Shown: positions 48,048 through 57,066 of the stretch, piece by piece
Position numbering within the stretch: position 1 is the first letter of the stretch
Layout of the letters: each line of letters starts with the position of its first letter
Assembly: GCA_030640025.1 (NCBI GenBank)
Contig: DAOWKC010000002.1
Span: 360,119 to 424,118, forward strand
Source of the DNA: Candidatus Woesearchaeota archaeon
GTDB taxonomy: Archaea; Nanobdellota; Nanobdellia; Woesearchaeales; JAGLXL01
Reading direction: 5' to 3'
DNA length: 64,000 nucleotides
Program-made: the position numbers and the translations under genes
The notes under the pieces: model-generated
Seen by the model: the letters and a program-made list of their open reading frames with translations, nothing else
What the model was told of the DNA's origin: nothing
The model's database searches: none

Positions 48048-49762
48048 AAGAAGTTAAGGGGACACACTCAACACAATATTAAGAATCGGGGGCTTTATAG
48101 AATTATTTATATATTGGTTAAATTATTTATTATCTAATGGACCTAAATAGATTGATTAAGAGGATTGAAAAATATATCGGTAGAAATTTGAAGCTTTCTA
48201 TGAAAGAATTTAAACAATTACAAAAATTAAAAGAAAATGTTATACTAATAGAAGAACTTTTATCCCATCATAACTTAGGTAATTTACGTTATAAAGAACA
48301 TACAAAAAAATTGATAATATGTGTCGGAAGAATTGAAAGAAGGCTCAATGTTTGGATTATAAGATTAGAAAAACTACTTACTAAAGAAGAATATGAATTA
48401 TCCCCTAGAGACAGACAATATTTTGAATTATTTAAAAATAAATTAGATATTTGTAAAAACAACCTGATTAGAATTCTAGCTTGGAACGGAGAGTTACATC
48501 AAATCCTAAAAAAAAAAGGATTTCCGGAGTGGGACAAAATTATGGAGAAAGTTGATGAGGCATTTGGTAATAACAAGAATCCTGGGATAAATACATTAAT
48601 CATTTTATTTGAACAATTAGGGAAAGTAGAGGAACAATTACTCAAAAGAGTTAGTAAAGAAGACTGGTTGAAGATTATCAATGAAAAAATCGAAACAAAT
48701 GGAAATATTCTAGATAGAACAGATCTAAGTTTGAGAGTAGATTCATCAAGTTATTTGTCTGCCTTCTTTAGAATGCTAAGATTTCAAAAACATCGGGAAT
48801 GCCTAGTAAAATTTAATGTTAAGGAAAGAATAACATCTAAAGGAGTAAAAGCAAAGAATTGGCAAAGAGAATTATCAATAGCTATAGATGCAGGAGGATT
48901 TCAGGCACAATTTAGTGGTAGAGTTAATAATTTATATAAATCTTTTTTAAAAAGAAATAAAGGTAATAGGACCACAGCCTTAATTGGAATAGGCAGATTG
49001 ATAGGTGTAGCCTATGTAGCACTGAATGAATCCACATTTGAATACGTTAGAAGAGATTTAGCAAAATTAGAAGAAGGTCTTCAAAGTAGTGAATCTTCTC
49101 GTATCTCTTTTTCTGTTCAATATCTATCCTCACGATATGGTGGTCTTGTAGAATTCAAAAAATTCGCTAATAAAAAGGATTTTTCAGAAGAAGAAAAACA
49201 AGAACTTTCAAATATGGCAAAATCTTATAAATATATAATCGAAAATTTCGGATTTGATGTTGGAGGATATAGAAGAATAGTGCAAAATGAACAAGGATTA
49301 GTTTTTTCTGGGAGGGAATATAGGACAATAAAGAGGATTGTTGATGACCCAAAATCAATTTTAAGAAATCCAAAAGAAGTTTTATTAGTTTTATCCCAAG
49401 GTTTAGCTAGATATGATGCTTTCCACAGATTTAATTATGATATAGCAGTAATTATTAACAATAAGTATATATTCGGAGTGACCTATCAAGGTCCTTCAAA
49501 AGGGCACTGGGGTGATATTGATGATACAAATACACCAGATAAATTCAAAGAGGCGTATTTAGGAATTATTTGTTTAATTCATAATAATGCTTTTTATAGA
49601 AAAGTCATTAAGGAAATGCTAGCAGCAACAGTGGATAAACCAGAGTTAAGATTACCAATTTATAATGTCTTTGGAAAGGTTATATGGCCTTCGTAAAAGT
49701 GTAATTTTAGTCTAGCCCCCGATTCTATTAATTAAAACATAAAGTGCGAAGCACATTCTTGA
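48048..49762. mobile_element. candidate cassette bounded by composite inverted repeats, carrying only ORF 48137..49696
   Basis: Outer IR is GGGGACACACTCA (48048-48060) / TGAGTGTGTCCCC (49750-49762). Inner IR is AGAATCGGGGGC (48072-48083) / GCCCCCGATTCT (49705-49716). Extra GGGACACAC copies at 48007-48015 and, inverted, at 49794-49802. Confidence 0.45.
48137..49696 (+). CDS. hypothetical 519-aa protein carried inside an inverted-repeat-bounded cassette
   Basis: No recognisable catalytic motif. N-terminal GRIERR motif is shared with the 50989 protein. Confidence 0.5.
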   Translation: MDLNRLIKRIEKYIGRNLKLSMKEFKQLQKLKENVILIEELLSHHNLGNLRYKEHTKKLIICVGRIERRLNVWIIRLEKLLTKEEYELSPRDRQYFELFKNKLDICKNNLIRILAWNGELHQILKKKGFPEWDKIMEKVDEAFGNNKNPGINTLIILFEQLGKVEEQLLKRVSKEDWLKIINEKIETNGNILDRTDLSLRVDSSSYLSAFFRMLRFQKHRECLVKFNVKERITSKGVKAKNWQRELSIAIDAGGFQAQFSGRVNNLYKSFLKRNKGNRTTALIGIGRLIGVAYVALNESTFEYVRRDLAKLEEGLQSSESSRISFSVQYLSSRYGGLVEFKKFANKKDFSEEEKQELSNMAKSYKYIIENFGFDVGGYRRIVQNEQGLVFSGREYRTIKRIVDDPKSILRNPKEVLLVLSQGLARYDAFHRFNYDIAVIINNKYIFGVTYQGPSKGHWGDIDDTNTPDKFKEAYLGIICLIHNNAFYRKVIKEMLAATVDKPELRLPIYNVFGKVIWPS

Positions 49763-49829
49763 GTGTGTCCCCCTCTTATTTTTTTCTCTAAAAGTGTGTC
49801 CCGGAGCGATTGAGTTTAATGTCCTATAA

Positions 49830-49868
49830 CTCAAGTTCGCAGAATTTGAGGGTTATAGGTCTTTAAAC
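49830..49868 (-). terminator. hairpin CCTATAACTCAA...TTGAGGGTTATAGG just 3' of pgk
   Basis: Near-perfect 12-bp stem. Confidence 0.35.
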
Positions 49869-49900
49869 TCAGGAATTTTGATTACCATAAATGGATATTT

Positions 49901-50950
49901 TTATTTGAATTTCTTCTGGTTTTTTTCCAAGGCTTCAATGCCTGGGAGTTTTTTTCCTAATAAGAATTCTAGAGAGGCGCCGCCGCCAGTTGAAACCCAA
50001 GTCATTTTTTTGGTGAGTTTGTATTTATGGATAGCTTCGGCGCTTTCTCCGCCGCCAATGATTTTGACGGCCTTTCTTTTGGCAATGAAATTAGCGATTT
50101 GTTTTGTGCCCTTGGCGAATTTTGGTTTTTCAAACATGCCTAAGGGGCCGTTCCAGATAATGGTTTTGGCTTTTTTTAAGTATGATTTAAAGAGTTTGAT
50201 GGTTTTAGGTCCGATATCAAGGTGTCTGTTTTTTTTGTCTTTGGTGAAATCAACTGGGAGAATGATTTTTTTGTTTTTGATTTTGACGAGGTCGACAAGG
50301 CCAGAACCGACTAAAGCAAAGTTTGCTTTTTTGGCAATGGTTTTGAGGGCTTTGTACTTGTCTTCTTTGATACCACCAATCAGCCAGATTAGAGGTTTTT
50401 TTGGTTTGAGTGCTTTTTTGAGTTCTTTGATTTCTTTTTCAACCAAAAAGCCGGGTGCTGATGGAAGTAAGCTAGCTAAGGTATCAACCGAAGCATGCTT
50501 TCTGTGTAGGGTGGCAAAAGCATCATTGACATAATAATCTGCGTTTTTAGATAGTTCTAAAGCAAAATTTTTGTTGTTGTTTTCTTCTTCAGAATAAAAT
50601 CTAAGATTTTCTAATAAAACAACTTCTCCAGGAACCATTTTGTCGATAAAGCGATCAACTTCAGGGCCGATGCAGTCATTTAGTTTGTAAACATTTTTCT
50701 TGAGGAATTTTTTGAGTTCTTTGTAAACAGGATCAAGTTTTAATTCAGGAACAATTTTGCCTTTTGGTTTGCCTAGATGTGTTATTAAAATAACCATGGC
50801 TTTTTTTTTGATTAAGTATTCAATAGTAGGCAATGCTGTTTTGATTCTGGAATTGTCTTTGACCTTGCCTTTTTTGTCCAAAGGAACATTAAAGTCAACC
50901 CTAACCAAAACGTATTTGTTTTTGAATTTGAATTTTTTTAAGGAGTTCAT
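49901..50950 (-). CDS. pgk: phosphoglycerate kinase (bacterial type)
   Basis: RVDFNVP, YVNDAFATLHR and STGGGASLEFL motifs. Confidence 0.85.
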   Translation of the reverse strand: MNSLKKFKFKNKYVLVRVDFNVPLDKKGKVKDNSRIKTALPTIEYLIKKKAMVILITHLGKPKGKIVPELKLDPVYKELKKFLKKNVYKLNDCIGPEVDRFIDKMVPGEVVLLENLRFYSEEENNNKNFALELSKNADYYVNDAFATLHRKHASVDTLASLLPSAPGFLVEKEIKELKKALKPKKPLIWLIGGIKEDKYKALKTIAKKANFALVGSGLVDLVKIKNKKIILPVDFTKDKKNRHLDIGPKTIKLFKSYLKKAKTIIWNGPLGMFEKPKFAKGTKQIANFIAKRKAVKIIGGGESAEAIHKYKLTKKMTWVSTGGGASLEFLLGKKLPGIEALEKNQKKFK

Positions 50951-50988
50951 ATGGAGAAGGAGTTTTTTTCAATTTATAAAAGTTTGGT

Positions 50989-52152
50989 ATGGAGATAAGA
51001 TTTATATATCTCCTTAGTTTTATTTTATTTATGGCCAAGAAGCTAACTAATGAGATTAAACACGCTCTTAACTGGTTGGCTGCTGAGTTTAAATTCTTGA
51101 AGAAGTTGGATGAGGATCTTGGCAATATTGGAAAAGAAAAATTAGAACAGCAAGAAAAGGATTTAAAAAAAGACCGCAGAGTTGTTCGTTATATTGGAAG
51201 GGCTGAAAGAAGAGTAGAAGGAGATATTAAAGAGATTACCCAAGAATTAGAAACAGCAAAAAAAGAAACACTTACACAAGAAAAATTTGACGATTTACTT
51301 AAAGAAATTGAAGTTCCTGCCCACCAATTACTTAAAGAAGGTTCTTTATATGTTGGTAATTTGAGAAAGCAATTAAATACAATTCTAATAGATGTTCAAT
51401 TAGGGATAAAATATCCTAAAAAAGAATTGAGAGCAATAGTTCAGAAGAAAATTGATGATTTGGAGTCAGAAGCTCAAGATATTGAAAAGTGGATTGCTGC
51501 CTTAGATGCAGCACTAAAGAAAGCAGCCTCAATTTTTGATGGGGAAAACATAGCGAAAGCATTATTTACCTTGGCTAGGGATTCATTTGACAGAAAAGAG
51601 ATTGAAAAGAAACTAAAACAAATCTCAACAACTTTTGAGAATTTAGAAGAATCAACAGGATGGAATGAAATAAAATCTATAAATGGTTATAAAAAGCAAA
51701 AACAAAAAGTCAGTGAAGTATATCCTATTTTAAGAGATACTATTTATTCACTAATTCCAATTTATGATGAAGTTATTAATGAATTCAAAAATTGCAAGGA
51801 TAAAATTGATAATGCTTGTGAAATTATTAATCAAAAAGATTTTAAAGTAGATGATATTTTGAAATTAAGAGAACAAGCAGGCATTCTTCAACATACATTT
51901 TACTTGGAATTAGAACTTCTTCTTACTTCAAAATTATGGTGTAAGTCAATTACTTGGGATGTAAAAATGAGCCCCCAGTGGGAGTTTCAGAGAGAGATAA
52001 TTCTTAGAGAGAAGGGCGACAGATATATCGAGAGCGCCAGAGATTTCGCAGAAACCACTCGTAATTTTTATACTAAAACAGCAAAAAGAGGTATTTCTAT
52101 TCTTGATCATATTAATTTTTTGTTTGAAAAAGTTTTTGCTTTATTGAAATAA
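50989..52152 (+). CDS. hypothetical helical protein
   Basis: YIGRAERRVEGDI motif resembles CVGRIERRLNVWI of the 48137 ORF. Confidence 0.45.
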   Translation: MEIRFIYLLSFILFMAKKLTNEIKHALNWLAAEFKFLKKLDEDLGNIGKEKLEQQEKDLKKDRRVVRYIGRAERRVEGDIKEITQELETAKKETLTQEKFDDLLKEIEVPAHQLLKEGSLYVGNLRKQLNTILIDVQLGIKYPKKELRAIVQKKIDDLESEAQDIEKWIAALDAALKKAASIFDGENIAKALFTLARDSFDRKEIEKKLKQISTTFENLEESTGWNEIKSINGYKKQKQKVSEVYPILRDTIYSLIPIYDEVINEFKNCKDKIDNACEIINQKDFKVDDILKLREQAGILQHTFYLELELLLTSKLWCKSITWDVKMSPQWEFQREIILREKGDRYIESARDFAETTRNFYTKTAKRGISILDHINFLFEKVFALLK

Positions 52153-52163
52153 CTTTGTTTGAA

Positions 52164-53162
52164 TCATTTCTTAGCCATGACCTTAAACATGTCCACCATT
52201 CGGCAGCTAAAGCCCCATTCATTGTCATACCAGGCAATGATTCTGACTAGATTGTCATGGACGTCGGTTAATTTGCTGTCAAAAATAGCTGAATGAGGAT
52301 TGGTCAAAATGTCAGTGGAAACTAATTCTTCTGTTGAGTATTCAATAACTCCTTTTAATTCTTTCTGGGCAGCTTGTTTGATGATTTTGTTGATTTCTTT
52401 GACAGAAGTTTTTTTCTTGGCAATAAAAGTGAAATCAATGACTGAGCCGTCAACAACAGGTACGCGCATGGCCAGACCATCCATCTTGCCTTTTAATTCA
52501 GGGACAACTTTAGTGACAGCAACAGCTGCGCCAGTTGAAGTGGGAACAATGTTCTGGGCAGCAGCGCGGCAGCGTCTCATTTTTTTATTGGGGCCGTCAA
52601 CTAAATTTTGAGTAGCGGTATAGGCATGGATAGTGTTTAAGAAGCCGCTAGCGATACCAACTTTATTACTGAGCAATTTAGCTAAAGGTGCGAGGCAGTT
52701 AGTGGTGCAAGAACCATTTGAAATTACTTTTTCCCCTTTGTATTCTTTATGATTGACACCATAAACATAAGTTGGGCAGCCATCTTTGCCTGGGGCTGAG
52801 ATCAAAACTTTTTTTGCTCCGGCTTTGAGGTGTAATTTCGCGTCTTTGAGTTTAGTGAAACGGCCAGTGCATTCAGCAATAATGTCAACTTTATGTTTTT
52901 TCCATGGGAGCTTGGCTGGATCTTTTTCTGCATAAACTGGGATTGTTTTTCCACTGATGACTAGGTTTTTTCCTTTGAAACTGACTTTTTTATTATAGCG
53001 GCCATGAACAGAATCATGTTTGAGGAGATAAGCTAAAGTTTCGATTGGAGTTAAATCGTTGATAGCGACTACTTTGATGTTTTTGCTCTCTAAGCCTGCT
53101 TTGAGAATCATGCGGCCGATTCTTCCGAAACCGTTAATTGCGACATTAATCATTTGAAACAC
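52164..53162 (-). CDS. gap: glyceraldehyde-3-phosphate dehydrogenase, class I (bacterial/eukaryotic type)
   Basis: INGFGRIGR, SCTTNCLAP and WYDNEWG motifs. Confidence 0.9.
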   Translation of the reverse strand: MFQMINVAINGFGRIGRMILKAGLESKNIKVVAINDLTPIETLAYLLKHDSVHGRYNKKVSFKGKNLVISGKTIPVYAEKDPAKLPWKKHKVDIIAECTGRFTKLKDAKLHLKAGAKKVLISAPGKDGCPTYVYGVNHKEYKGEKVISNGSCTTNCLAPLAKLLSNKVGIASGFLNTIHAYTATQNLVDGPNKKMRRCRAAAQNIVPTSTGAAVAVTKVVPELKGKMDGLAMRVPVVDGSVIDFTFIAKKKTSVKEINKIIKQAAQKELKGVIEYSTEELVSTDILTNPHSAIFDSKLTDVHDNLVRIIAWYDNEWGFSCRMVDMFKVMAKK

Positions 53163-53256
53163 CTCTTTAGGTTAATTAAATTATTTAGGCTTATAAATTT
53201 TTCTTCGGGGAAATAACAAAAAGATTAAAAAACTTTAAAACCATTCCAAAGAAATA

Positions 53257-53472
53257 ATGAAGAAAAAAGAGAAACTCTGGCCAAAATTGATTTTTCCGAT
53301 ATTTTTGATTGTTACTTTTTCTGTTGTTTATGTTTTTGGACCAAAATATACTGGTTTTCATGTCTATGAAGGTTCTGGGGTTTCCAACAATCTTCTTTTA
53401 ATCTTTGTTTTGATGTTTGTTTTTGTTTTGATGTTTATAGTTTTGAAAGAAGCAGTGTTTAAATTAAAGTAG
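53257..53472 (+). CDS. small membrane protein
   Basis: Two hydrophobic helices. Confidence 0.3.
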   Translation: MKKKEKLWPKLIFPIFLIVTFSVVYVFGPKYTGFHVYEGSGVSNNLLLIFVLMFVFVLMFIVLKEAVFKLK

Positions 53473-53543
53473 TTTTTTTATTCTGGTAACGAAAAATCTC
53501 TGTCACTTCGCTACGCTCGTTCCTTGAGATTTGTTTGTCAGAT

Positions 53544-54542
53544 TTATATTTTCCTTATTCTAGTGACAAAAAATCCTTCAGTATCATTATCCTGAGGCCA
53601 GATTCTTAAACATTTCTTGATTTCTAGTGAGAATCTTTTGTTGTTGAATTCTAAAACAGCTGGCGAGCGTTTTAATCCTGGCAGTTCTTCTTTTTTGATT
53701 TCATCTATTTTGGCGTTGGGGTATTTTTTTATTAGGAAATCAATGACTCCTTCATCTTCTTCTGGTTCTAAGGTGCAGGTGCTGTAAACTAAAGTGCCGC
53801 CTGGTTTGAGCATTTTGAAACCGGTTTCTAGGAGTTGTTTTTGCTGTCCGCATAAACGTTTGACCATATTGGGATTCCAGATAGTCAATGTTTTGAGAGA
53901 TTTTCTAATGGTGCCAGTGCCTGAGCAAGGTGCATCAACTAAAATTCTGTCAAATTGCAAGTCTTTGTAATACTGGCCAGGGATTAAGGTTGTAATAGTA
54001 TTGGTTATTCCTAATCTTTGGATGTTCATGTTCAAAGGAACCATTCTGAGGCCTTTGTAGTCATTGGCGATGAGAAGACCTTGATTTTTCATGTATTGGG
54101 CAATCTGGGTTGTTTTGGAGCCAGGTGAAGCGCAGAGGTCGAGAATAGTTTCGCCGGCGCTTTGAGAACCCTTTGGTTTCTCTAACCCCTTCTCACTTTC
54201 GTTCGAAGATTTTGGTTGGAGAACTATGGGTGGAATCATAGAAGCTGCTTCCTGAACAAAAAAATACCCTAAATGGTGTTCAATTAGATTGCCTACATCT
54301 CTTCTATCCTCTCTTTCAACCCAAAATCCTTGTTGGCACCATGGGATGGGTTTAAGTTTCCAGTCTTTTAATCGCTTTTTGATTTCTGGAATGGTTGTTT
54401 TGAGAGTGTTGACGCGAATTGAACGTCTGAGGAATGATAGAGAGTATTTTTTAAATTCTTTGAAATCAGTTAATTGAGAGTATCTTTTGATGAATTCTGG
54501 TTTAAATTCCAGTTGTTCTGACTTAGGGATTGGTTTGAGCAT
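53544..54542 (-). CDS. NOL1/NOP2/Sun-family RNA (cytosine-C5) methyltransferase
   Basis: DLCASPGSKT, DAPCSGTG and TCT motifs. Confidence 0.85.
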   Translation of the reverse strand: MLKPIPKSEQLEFKPEFIKRYSQLTDFKEFKKYSLSFLRRSIRVNTLKTTIPEIKKRLKDWKLKPIPWCQQGFWVEREDRRDVGNLIEHHLGYFFVQEAASMIPPIVLQPKSSNESEKGLEKPKGSQSAGETILDLCASPGSKTTQIAQYMKNQGLLIANDYKGLRMVPLNMNIQRLGITNTITTLIPGQYYKDLQFDRILVDAPCSGTGTIRKSLKTLTIWNPNMVKRLCGQQKQLLETGFKMLKPGGTLVYSTCTLEPEEDEGVIDFLIKKYPNAKIDEIKKEELPGLKRSPAVLEFNNKRFSLEIKKCLRIWPQDNDTEGFFVTRIRKI

Positions 54543-54586
54543 TTTAAATATTTGGGAACAAAAACGCGGGGATTTTCAATCCCCTG

Positions 54587-54613
54587 GGTTTTGGAATATA
54601 AAATTCCAAAACC
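54587..54613. promoter_or_regulatory. 11-bp perfect inverted repeat GGTTTTGGAAT-N5-ATTCCAAAACC between divergent genes
   Basis: Lies between the NOL1-family gene (minus) and the wHTH-like ORF 54629 (plus). A GC hairpin GGGGA-N7-TCCCC sits at 54568-54584. Confidence 0.45.
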
Positions 54614-54628
54614 TTTATAAATAATTCC

Positions 54629-55354
54629 TTGAAAAGTGAGTTTGCAGTGGTAAGAGTAACTTTAGATGGAAGAGTCGAACATTGTTTTAGACTTTTAAAT
54701 AGTCGTAGAAAATGCGAATTCTTAGGTTTTTTCCCTGAGGAAGGTGCAACACAGTCTGACCTGACTGAAGCAGAAATTTTCAATTCTAATAAAAGTGTTG
54801 TTCATTATTATTTAGAACCTTATCGGTCATTTTTTAATTTTGAAAGAAAAGAAGACGACTTCCATTTCAAATTAATGACACTAAATGAAAGTGGACAAGA
54901 CTTACAAAAAATAACAAGATATATGATTTTGATTGATTATGAGTTAAATGAAAAGAAGAGGAATAAAATTGATTATCTCACTATTTTTTTGGAAAGGGGA
55001 AATCCAAAGAGAATGCTTCAAGTAATAAGTAAAATTTATTTTAATGGGGCTAGAACTGTTAATACTTTAAGTCGTTTTAGAGGTGATCGTAATACCAAGA
55101 AATTAGTTGAGAGATTGGAAGATTTCGGTCTGGTTAAGACTAGAGTTGTTCAAGAGAGAAGAAAACAAACATACATTAACCACACAGCGCTAGGCCAGAA
55201 ATATTTTTATAGGCTTTTTCTTCCAGTTATTGAGTACATTACAGCATCATGCGAACCAGTAAATTGTGAATTATATCAGTACGTAGTTAAACATTGGGAT
55301 ACTTTTGTCAATAAAAAAGGTAATGGCTGGGCTGATAAACTCAAAGCTGTTTAA
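54629..55354 (+). CDS. hypothetical protein with C-terminal winged-helix-like region
   Basis: KKLVERLEDFGLVKTRVVQERRKQTYINHTALGQKYF. Confidence 0.4.
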   Translation: MKSEFAVVRVTLDGRVEHCFRLLNSRRKCEFLGFFPEEGATQSDLTEAEIFNSNKSVVHYYLEPYRSFFNFERKEDDFHFKLMTLNESGQDLQKITRYMILIDYELNEKKRNKIDYLTIFLERGNPKRMLQVISKIYFNGARTVNTLSRFRGDRNTKKLVERLEDFGLVKTRVVQERRKQTYINHTALGQKYFYRLFLPVIEYITASCEPVNCELYQYVVKHWDTFVNKKGNGWADKLKAV

Positions 55355-56969
55355 CCATATAGAATTCTTGTTTCTTGTATCCTAATTTTTTGTAATATTC
55401 TCTGACGCCGATACCTGAGATTATTTTGAGTGTTTTGTTTTGGGCGATTTGTTCTGCTATTTTGATGAGTTGTTTGCCTAGACCTTGGTGTTGGATACTG
55501 CCTTTTTGTCCTAGTTTAGTGGCCTGGCCGTAAACATGGAGTTCTCTGATGCCAGCTTCTTTGTTGATTCTTAGTCTACAGAAACCGAGAAGAAGATTGT
55601 TTTTAGTGTCTTCTACTGAGATGAAATATTCGGTTCCTTGTGAAGCTTGATATTTTATTTTTAAGATTTTGACATGGTGCCAGTCAATGGTTTTGTTTTT
55701 TGGTTCTCTACATCTGATACACTGACAGTTAGGTTTGTATTTTTGATGGATTAATTGTCTGAGATTAGTCAAGCCAACACCAGCGACTGTTTGATAAGTG
55801 GGAATATCTCTTTGGACTCTCATGATTCTGCAGTATTTAGGGATAAACTGTTTTATTTCTGAGATAAGTTTGGCTGCTTTTTTGGTGGTTAAGGGTTTGT
55901 ATTTTTTCTTTTTGTAAAGCTCATAAAGCTCAGTTCCTTTGGTGACCATGCAAGGATAAATTTTGAGGGCGTCTGGTTTAAAATCCGGGTTTTTGAAAAG
56001 TTCTTTGAACATTTGTTTGTCTTTTTTGATTGAAGAACCTGGCAGTCCGGGCATGATGTGATAGCCGACTTTGAGGAAGGTTTGTTTGAGAAGTTTGGTG
56101 GCTTGGATGGTGTCTTCAATTGTATGACCTCTTTTAATTTTTTTAAGGACTTGGTTGTCAATATGCTGGACACCTAATTCGACACGGGTGGTTCCTAATC
56201 TTAACATTTGTTTGATATGTTTTTGTTGGCAGTAATCTGGGCGGGTTTCAATGCAGATGGCGATGCAACGAACGTTTGAGGTTTGGTTGATTTTTTGTTC
56301 TTTTTCGAGATTACTTTTTTTCCTGAGTTTTTCTAATTTTTTGTGGATTTTTTTGGTTCTTTCTGGATCGCCGACTGGGCCAGGGAGGTAGAAGAATTTT
56401 TTGAACTTAGTTATGTTGAATTTATTTTTGGTGAAAAAGAGTTTGGAGAAGTCATTCATGGCTTTGAAAGCATAAATGATGAAATCATCCTGGTATTTTT
56501 TTGGGAATGACGGGAAAGTTCCGCCCATGACAATGAGTTCGATTTTGTTGATGTCATGGCCGAGGACAATGTATTGTTCCAGACGGTTGAAGACTTGCAA
56601 GTAAGAGTCGTATTTGTTTCTAATGCCCCTCATGGTGGCTGGTTCTTTGCCGGTGTAAGACTGAGGAACATCTCCAAAATGGGAGTTAGGACCGCCTGGG
56701 CACATCAAGCATTTGCCATGGGGACATTTAAAAGGTCTGGTCATGACGGCAATTGGTGAAACTCCTGAGATGGTTCGGGTTGGTTTGGTGAGGAGTTTGT
56801 TTTTGATTTTTTTGAGGTCGCTTTCTTTGGCGTGGAGAAGGATTTCAAAATTAGTCGGCGGTTTATGGACTTTGTATTTTTTGCAGAGTTCTCTTTTTAG
56901 TTGAGAGAATTGTTTAGATGAAAGTGATTGTTTTCTCAGGTTTTGGATTAGTTCTTGGTAAATGTTCAT
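55341..56969 (-). CDS. elp3: Elp3 (radical SAM + GNAT) tRNA wobble uridine modification enzyme
   Basis: CPHGKCLMCPGG radical-SAM cluster motif and C-terminal GNAT (HQGLGKQL). Confidence 0.9.
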   Translation of the reverse strand: MNIYQELIQNLRKQSLSSKQFSQLKRELCKKYKVHKPPTNFEILLHAKESDLKKIKNKLLTKPTRTISGVSPIAVMTRPFKCPHGKCLMCPGGPNSHFGDVPQSYTGKEPATMRGIRNKYDSYLQVFNRLEQYIVLGHDINKIELIVMGGTFPSFPKKYQDDFIIYAFKAMNDFSKLFFTKNKFNITKFKKFFYLPGPVGDPERTKKIHKKLEKLRKKSNLEKEQKINQTSNVRCIAICIETRPDYCQQKHIKQMLRLGTTRVELGVQHIDNQVLKKIKRGHTIEDTIQATKLLKQTFLKVGYHIMPGLPGSSIKKDKQMFKELFKNPDFKPDALKIYPCMVTKGTELYELYKKKKYKPLTTKKAAKLISEIKQFIPKYCRIMRVQRDIPTYQTVAGVGLTNLRQLIHQKYKPNCQCIRCREPKNKTIDWHHVKILKIKYQASQGTEYFISVEDTKNNLLLGFCRLRINKEAGIRELHVYGQATKLGQKGSIQHQGLGKQLIKIAEQIAQNKTLKIISGIGVREYYKKLGYKKQEFYMVKQL

Positions 56970-57004
56970 AGAGAATAAATTTTAAGGCTAGCTTTATAAA
57001 TCTT

Positions 57005-57066
57005 TTTCAAACATAAGCTCTAACTACTTCTTTTAAAAATAAAAAAAATAAAAAATTAAAAAAAAT
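57005..57066 (-). terminator. oligo-T tract (on the minus-strand transcript) after the surface-protein operon
   Basis: More than 50 nt of A-rich plus-strand sequence (U-rich transcript), archaeal terminator-like. Confidence 0.4.

Larger units (their letters stand above)
47401..49820. repeat. three direct copies of TTGAGTTTAAT (47401, 47858, 49810), with extended similarity between the first two over about 45 bp, delimiting two tandem cassettes
   Basis: DR1 ttgagtttaatttgtgttaaattctttgcc vs DR2 ttgagtttaattgctgttatattcgtttttgc. Confidence 0.5.

Noticed and set aside
49878-50534. 218-aa plus-strand ORF overlapping pgk, and 52300..52611 overlapping gap
   Set aside because: Antisense to well-supported glycolytic genes. 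Composition is typical of shadow ORFs.
54544-54783. 79-aa minus-strand ORF overlapping the start of 54629..55354
   Set aside because: It would run through the palindromic divergent promoter. The plus-strand ORF is longer and has a sensible start.
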